Assembly (NCBI GenBank): GCA_027053075.1
Contig: JALUEE010000010.1
Span: 1-20,009 of the forward strand
Origin: a candidate division WOR-3 bacterium
Lineage (GTDB): Bacteria > Hydrothermota > Hydrothermia > B15-G9 > WFZT01
DNA length: 20,009 bases
Direction: 5' to 3'
Shown: piece after piece, positions 14,748-20,009 of the stretch
Layout of the letters: the number at the start of each line of letters is the position of its first letter
Numbering within the stretch: position 1 is the stretch's first letter
Notes under the pieces: model-generated
Told to the model about the DNA's origin: nothing
The model's database searches: none
What the model saw: only the letters and a program-made list of their open reading frames with translations
Translations under genes and position numbers: made by a program

Positions 14748-17173
14748 AAAAGCTTTTGATCATTTTACTATCTCTTGGCTTTGTTTATGCACAGACAGAC
14801 CTTTCAAAACAATTAAAAGCGCTGGGAATATCCGAGCAGCAGTTGCAAAAGCTCATGGAGCAGGCTTCGCGCGAGAAGAAAAATGAAAAAAAGGGTAATA
14901 TCCAGAAGGCAGCAGTACCTGCAGAATCTCTGGCAATAAAACCTACACCTACCTATTCCAGTATAGAGAAATCGTTTATGAGAAATTTTTCTCTCGAGCC
15001 CGACACGGTCATAAAACAGTTTGGCTACAATATTTTTAAGGCAGAGTCCACTGAATCATTTGATACCCTCAACTTTAACCTTCCTGTGGGCTCAAACTAT
15101 GTCATAGGCCCGGGGGATGAAATTATCATAAACGTCTGGAGTGACGTATTTCAGCAAACTTTTGACCTCTACGTGGACAATTACGGCAAAATAATTCTAC
15201 CCAAAGCCGGTGCCACCTATGTGTGGGGAATGACCTTTAAAGAGGCCCAGAAACTCATCAAAGATAAGCTCAATAAACATTTCACAAACGTGAAATTCGA
15301 CATCGCCCTTGGGAAAATTCACTCAGTTTCAGTCTTAGTTCTTGGTGAAGTCAATAAACCCGGGATTTACAGGGTCTACCCTATTTCATCTCCCATCCAG
15401 CTACTCTACCTCGCTGGCGGAATAAGGAAAACCGGGAGCTTGAGAAAGATTAAAATCATCAAAAAGGATGGCACGATAAAGTACATTGATCTCTATGATT
15501 TGCTCGTAAAAGGTAAATCCGTCCCTATCTTTAGCTTCGAAGATGGGGATATGGTCTTTGTCCCTATTATCGGAAAGGTGGCAGCAGTCATTGGTGCTGT
15601 CAAAAGACCTGGAATTTACGAAATTAAGAACGAGGCAACTGTGAGTGATTTAATAAAACTCGCAGGCGGTTTCCTTCCAACATCGTATAGATACCATCTA
15701 CAGCTTCAGAGAGTGGTAAATGGGCGTGTGCTCATGGTAAAAGACGAGAATTTCTCGTCTCCCTCAGAGGCTCAAAAAGCTTTAGGAAAACTTAAATTCA
15801 AAAATGGCGACCTTGTGCTTGTGAGACCGGTGTCTCCCATCTTAAGGGGTTATGTTGCAGTAACCGGGAACGTGTTCAGGCCCGGAAGCTACCAGCTATC
15901 AGATTCAACAAGTATTCAAGACCTTATCAAAGTTGCCGGAGGACTAAAACCCGGAACTTACATGGAGAGGGCAGAAATCGTTCGGCACGCCGACTCGCTC
16001 CAGAAAAGAATCATTTCATTTTCACTCAAGGACGTCCTCGATGGCAAAACACAGGGACCGAAGCTCGAAGAGTTTGATACACTTGTTATTCACTCACTCT
16101 CAGATGTAGTACCGGTGGACAGTGTAACCGTTATTGGTGGAGTGGAGCGACCGGGTAAATACCAGTTTACGCTGGATATGACACTTGCAGACCTGCTCAC
16201 CATCTGTGGCGGGATTCACGCAGGCGCTGATCTTAAAAATATTGAAATACTCCGCGCGGAAAAAGGTGAGTTTTCAAGAATAAACGTTGATCTTACAAAA
16301 GAGCGCCCTGAGGAAATTTCCCTCGCGCCCGGTGACCTGGTAAACATTCCTTCACCAGTCAGGGCAGAATCAAGCTTCGTATATGTTGAAGGAGAGGTAA
16401 AGAGGCCGGGCAGATACCCGATTATACCGGGAAAAGACAGGCTTGTTGATCTCATTGACCGTGCAGGCGGATTCACGTCAAATGCGAATCCCCAGGCCCT
16501 TGAGCTTTACAGAAAACATTTAAGTTCCATTGAGCTAAACGGTCTCACTCAAATGCTGGATATTGCGTACACGGAGATACTTCGCGAGCAGAATGCCCTT
16601 GAAAGCATGAATGTCCCAAAGGCAAGAAAGGAGCTAAAAAGCGAACTTCTAAAACGGCAGGAAAGATTTGTTCGCATGCTCATGAAAAACCTTGGTGAAG
16701 ACACCATTGTCGTGCTCGATACCGCAAAGATTGAGACCCTTTCCGTGATCCTTTCAAAGATAACACCATTCACAAACGGCAGACTGGCCTTGAATTTCAA
16801 TGACACGACTAATCTCAATCTTCTTGTATTGCCTGGAGACTCGATATATGTTCCTCCTGTATCAAGAACCGTAACAGTGATGGGGTTCGTGAACTATCCC
16901 ATAACACTTCCCCACGTCACTGGTAAGGATGCCGAATATTACATCGAACGCGCAGGAGGATTTTCCTCCATAGCAGACAAAGAGAAAACCTTTGTAATTC
17001 TTCCTGGAGGCGAGGCATCAACAGATCTCTCGGAAATCCCTCCCGGTTCCATCATCATGGTTCCCGGAAAGGTGGAGCTTAAGCCTACAAAGCTGGAAAT
17101 ACTCAAGGACGTGGTTGGAATCATCTATCAGGTCGCACTGGCATACATTGCAATAAGACAGGTAACACGATAA
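14744..17173 (+). CDS. Polysaccharide export protein, OPX (Wza/KpsD-like), with six SLBB repeats
   Basis: 809 aa. Signal peptide ending VYA-Q, no lipobox Cys. Poly_export motif YVIGPGDEIII..W; repeats GEVNKPG, GAVKRPG, GNVFRPG, GGVERPG, GEVKRPG, GFVNYP; C-terminal amphipathic helix. Confidence 0.9.
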   Translation: MKKLLIILLSLGFVYAQTDLSKQLKALGISEQQLQKLMEQASREKKNEKKGNIQKAAVPAESLAIKPTPTYSSIEKSFMRNFSLEPDTVIKQFGYNIFKAESTESFDTLNFNLPVGSNYVIGPGDEIIINVWSDVFQQTFDLYVDNYGKIILPKAGATYVWGMTFKEAQKLIKDKLNKHFTNVKFDIALGKIHSVSVLVLGEVNKPGIYRVYPISSPIQLLYLAGGIRKTGSLRKIKIIKKDGTIKYIDLYDLLVKGKSVPIFSFEDGDMVFVPIIGKVAAVIGAVKRPGIYEIKNEATVSDLIKLAGGFLPTSYRYHLQLQRVVNGRVLMVKDENFSSPSEAQKALGKLKFKNGDLVLVRPVSPILRGYVAVTGNVFRPGSYQLSDSTSIQDLIKVAGGLKPGTYMERAEIVRHADSLQKRIISFSLKDVLDGKTQGPKLEEFDTLVIHSLSDVVPVDSVTVIGGVERPGKYQFTLDMTLADLLTICGGIHAGADLKNIEILRAEKGEFSRINVDLTKERPEEISLAPGDLVNIPSPVRAESSFVYVEGEVKRPGRYPIIPGKDRLVDLIDRAGGFTSNANPQALELYRKHLSSIELNGLTQMLDIAYTEILREQNALESMNVPKARKELKSELLKRQERFVRMLMKNLGEDTIVVLDTAKIETLSVILSKITPFTNGRLALNFNDTTNLNLLVLPGDSIYVPPVSRTVTVMGFVNYPITLPHVTGKDAEYYIERAGGFSSIADKEKTFVILPGGEASTDLSEIPPGSIIMVPGKVELKPTKLEILKDVVGIIYQVALAYIAIRQVTR

Positions 17174-17830
17174 ATGGGCAGGTGGGGATATTTCATCACA
17201 TTCGAGGGAATCGAAGGTAGTGGCAAATCCACGCTTGCCAGGAAACTCTACGAGTATCTCACAGGAAACAAATTCAAGACCATACTCACACGCGAGCCTG
17301 GAGGGACCAAAGAGGCGGAGGAAATTCGTGAGGTTCTCCTCAAGGCCGGCAACTCTCTCGACCCTGTGACAGAATTACTCCTTATGCTGGCAGCAAGACG
17401 GGAAAATGTCTATAAACGCGTATTGCCAGCCCTGAGAGATTCTTACATTGTCATTTCTGACAGGTTTGATGATAGCTCTTATGCATATCAGGGATTTGGC
17501 CGTGGACTGGAGCTCAAATTCATTTCAAGACTCAACAAGGTTGCGACCGGGGGGCTCAAACCCAATCTCACCTTCCTCGTGGATATTCCCCCGGAAATGG
17601 GATTTTCCCGCATGAAATCTAAAAAACTTGATAGAATTGAATTAGAGGATTTAGAATTTCATACCCGTGTAAGGAAAGGTTATCTGATCCTTGCAAAGCG
17701 AGCAAAAAAACGATTCCATGTGCTCAATGGCGAGAAATCCATTGACGAACTCATGGAAGAGGTGATTCAAGTTACCCTCGAAAGATTGGAAAAGAAAGGA
17801 ATCAAAAAATTTAAAATGGAGGAAAGTTAA
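17174..17830 (+). CDS. tmk: Thymidylate kinase
   Basis: 218 aa. FITFEGIEGSGKST, TREPGG, SDRF..SSYAYQG, DRIE. Confidence 0.97.
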   Translation: MGRWGYFITFEGIEGSGKSTLARKLYEYLTGNKFKTILTREPGGTKEAEEIREVLLKAGNSLDPVTELLLMLAARRENVYKRVLPALRDSYIVISDRFDDSSYAYQGFGRGLELKFISRLNKVATGGLKPNLTFLVDIPPEMGFSRMKSKKLDRIELEDLEFHTRVRKGYLILAKRAKKRFHVLNGEKSIDELMEEVIQVTLERLEKKGIKKFKMEES

Positions 17831-17831
17831 A

Positions 17832-19352
17832 TTGAAAAGGATTATTGCTGTTGCTCTTGCTCTTATAATTGGATTATCAGTTGGTTACAAAATGGGGGAT
17901 GCTGAGGCGAAAAAGAAAAATATCAGCATGATGTTCCGCCTCTTCACGAACACACTAAACTATGTCAAGGATTACTATGTTGAAGAAAAGGACCCGCCGG
18001 ACTTGATAGAAAAGGCCATCGAAGGGATGGTTCATTCCCTCGATCCATTTAGCGATTTCTTTACACCTGAGCAAACAGAGGAATTTAAGATTTCTACCAC
18101 TGGAGAATTCGGTGGACTTGGTATCCAGATTGGCATCAGAAATGGTGTAGTTACAGTTATTTCACCCATAGAAGGCACCCCGGCTTATAGAGCAGGGCTC
18201 AGGCCCGGAGATAAGATCATAAAAATTGAGGATACCAGCATCATCGGGTGGAAACTATCCGACGTGGTCAAAAGATTGAGAGGCAAACCCGGGACAAAGG
18301 TAACAATCACCATTTCCCGGCCGGGAGTAAATGAGCCTCTCAAATTCACGATAACAAGGGCCATCATTCACATTCAAGCAGTTCCATATTTCGGTCTTGT
18401 GGATGGGAACATTGGCTACATCAAACTCTCATCATTCCAGAAAAACGCCAATGTTGAGGTGAGGAAAGCCCTTGACAGCCTGTTTGCGATGGGAGCAAAG
18501 AAGATTGTCCTTGACCTCAGAGGAAATCCTGGCGGACTTTTAAGTGAGGCAATAAGGACTGCGAATCTCTTCCTGCCTCAGGGTGCATTGATTGTCTCCA
18601 CCAAGGGCAGGGTTCCAAACTCCAACCGCGATTTCTTTGCCCCTGGCAAGCCATCCCACGGAACAGATTATCCACTCGCAGTGCTCGTCAGCCGCGGCTC
18701 AGCATCGGCTTCAGAGATCGTTTCTGGAGCCATCCAGGACTGGGACCGTGGAATCATCGTGGGAGACACAACATTCGGTAAAGGTTCAGTCCAGAGAGTT
18801 TTCCCGCTCCAGGAAGGCTATCAACTTAAGATCACCACAGCACGCTACTTCACACCCTCTGGAAGGTGCATTGACAGGAGAACCTTTGGCAAGAAGGACA
18901 CAACTCGCACGCCCTATTACACCAAAAGGCTGCACAGAACAGTCTATGGAGGCGGTGGAATAATTCCCGATGTGGTTAAAGAGAGTGAGCTTCTTGCTCC
19001 GCTCGTATCAAAGGCCTTCGCAAAGGGCGTTTTCTTTGACTATGCCGTTAAATACTATAAGAGCCACGAAAAACCCGCTTCACCTGAGGGAATTAATTTA
19101 AGTGATGACCAGCTCAAAGACTTTGAAAAATATATGAAGGAGAAGGGAGTGAAATTCACGTCCTGCGACTTCAAAGACGCCAAAGACCAGATCAAGCTCG
19201 TCCTCGAAGAGGAGATTGCAGAAAAATACTTTGGTAGAAAGGGCAGATACGCCGTCATGCTGAAGAAAGACAGTGTTTTCAAAAAGGCTGTAAATATCCT
19301 TGAACATGCGAACAAGGTCGACGACCTCTACTCTATAATGGAACACAAATGA
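17832..19352 (+). CDS. S41 carboxyl-terminal processing protease (CtpA/Prc family)
   Basis: 506 aa, TTG start. Signal/anchor helix, LDPFS, PDZ domain GGLGI, DLRGNPGG, catalytic SASASEI and TFGKGSVQ, YFTPSGR. Confidence 0.95.
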   Translation: MKRIIAVALALIIGLSVGYKMGDAEAKKKNISMMFRLFTNTLNYVKDYYVEEKDPPDLIEKAIEGMVHSLDPFSDFFTPEQTEEFKISTTGEFGGLGIQIGIRNGVVTVISPIEGTPAYRAGLRPGDKIIKIEDTSIIGWKLSDVVKRLRGKPGTKVTITISRPGVNEPLKFTITRAIIHIQAVPYFGLVDGNIGYIKLSSFQKNANVEVRKALDSLFAMGAKKIVLDLRGNPGGLLSEAIRTANLFLPQGALIVSTKGRVPNSNRDFFAPGKPSHGTDYPLAVLVSRGSASASEIVSGAIQDWDRGIIVGDTTFGKGSVQRVFPLQEGYQLKITTARYFTPSGRCIDRRTFGKKDTTRTPYYTKRLHRTVYGGGGIIPDVVKESELLAPLVSKAFAKGVFFDYAVKYYKSHEKPASPEGINLSDDQLKDFEKYMKEKGVKFTSCDFKDAKDQIKLVLEEEIAEKYFGRKGRYAVMLKKDSVFKKAVNILEHANKVDDLYSIMEHK

Positions 19353-20009
19353 GCAAGGAGTTTGTTCACCTACATCTTCATACTGAATACTCGCTTCTCG
19401 ACGGTGCGTGCAAGATTGGCCCTCTGATGAAAAGGGTCAAAGAGCTGGGCATGAATGCCGTTGCCATCACCGATCATGGCAACCTTTTTGGGGCAATTGA
19501 ATTTTATAAGTCTGCCCTTGAGCATGGCATCAAACCCATAATTGGGATAGAGGCATATCTCACACCGGGCGATCACAAGAAAAAGACAAAACAGGGTCTC
19601 TATCACATAACTTTACTTGCAGAAAATTTAGAGGGGTACAGGAACCTCCTTTATCTTTCGAGTATTTCCTATCTTGAGGGTTTTTACTACAAGCCTCGAA
19701 TGGACAAAAAGCTTTTAAGGGAGCACTCGAAGGGACTCATTGCCCTATCAGGCTGTCTCTCCGGTGAGATCCCTCGCAAGATTCTTGCAAATGACTTGGA
19801 AGGTGCAAGAGCTGCTCTCGGGGAATACATAGAGATTTTCGGCAAAGACAACTTCTTTCTCGAGCTAATGGACATCGGACTTGACGAGAATCTCACAGTA
19901 AATCAGGCACTTGTGGAGCTTGCAAAGGATTTCGGAGTGGGAATTGTTGCCACAAACGATGTTCACTACCTCACACCTGAGGACTACAAGGCACACGACA
20001 TTCTCCTCT
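19349..20009 (+). CDS. dnaE: DNA polymerase III alpha subunit (PHP domain; runs off the window)
   Basis: Not in the ORF track; translated by hand from ATG 19349 (ATGA overlap with the ctpA stop): MSKEFVHLHLHTEYSLLDG, ITDHGNLFG, GIKPIIGIEAY, GFYYKPR, SGCLSGEI, ATNDVHY. Confidence 0.97.
   Translation, partial: MSKEFVHLHLHTEYSLLDGACKIGPLMKRVKELGMNAVAITDHGNLFGAIEFYKSALEHGIKPIIGIEAYLTPGDHKKKTKQGLYHITLLAENLEGYRNLLYLSSISYLEGFYYKPRMDKKLLREHSKGLIALSGCLSGEIPRKILANDLEGARAALGEYIEIFGKDNFFLELMDIGLDENLTVNQALVELAKDFGVGIVATNDVHYLTPEDYKAHDILL

Noticed and set aside
19370..19896. Minus-strand ORFs 19370-19606 and 19687-19896
   Set aside because: Antisense to the clearly recognisable dnaE frame.

Overview
Gene-dense chromosomal window from a diderm bacterium (it encodes BamD, a heptose kinase and an OPX export protein). 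The K/E-rich proteins suggest a thermophile, but that is inference. Minus strand, left part: the 5' part of hslU with its own sigma70-type promoter and no hslV upstream; a coupled unit of fluC (crcB), DUF190 and a UPF0282-like metallo-beta-lactamase; a 599-bp gene-free gap (2968-3566) with several palindromes; then bamD-nadD. Plus strand from 4940: a nearly gapless 15-kb run of an orphan LeuD-like subunit, phoH, a 7TM-HD (PgpH-like) hydrolase, ybeY, two CNNM/CorB paralogs, mgtE, hldA, a short Wzz/Wzc-like co-polymerase, a six-SLBB OPX protein, tmk, a CtpA protease and the 5' part of dnaE. No rRNA, tRNA, CRISPR array, transposase or phage gene was recognised. The most unusual signals are a perfect 18-bp inverted repeat inside nadD, the structured gap upstream of an apparently leaderless fluC with no recognisable riboswitch, the MBL hydrolase coupled to the fluoride unit, an intact-plus-degenerate CNNM pair, and a co-polymerase lacking its coiled coil and carrying a pseudokinase tail. 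All family calls come from motif recognition, not database searches.
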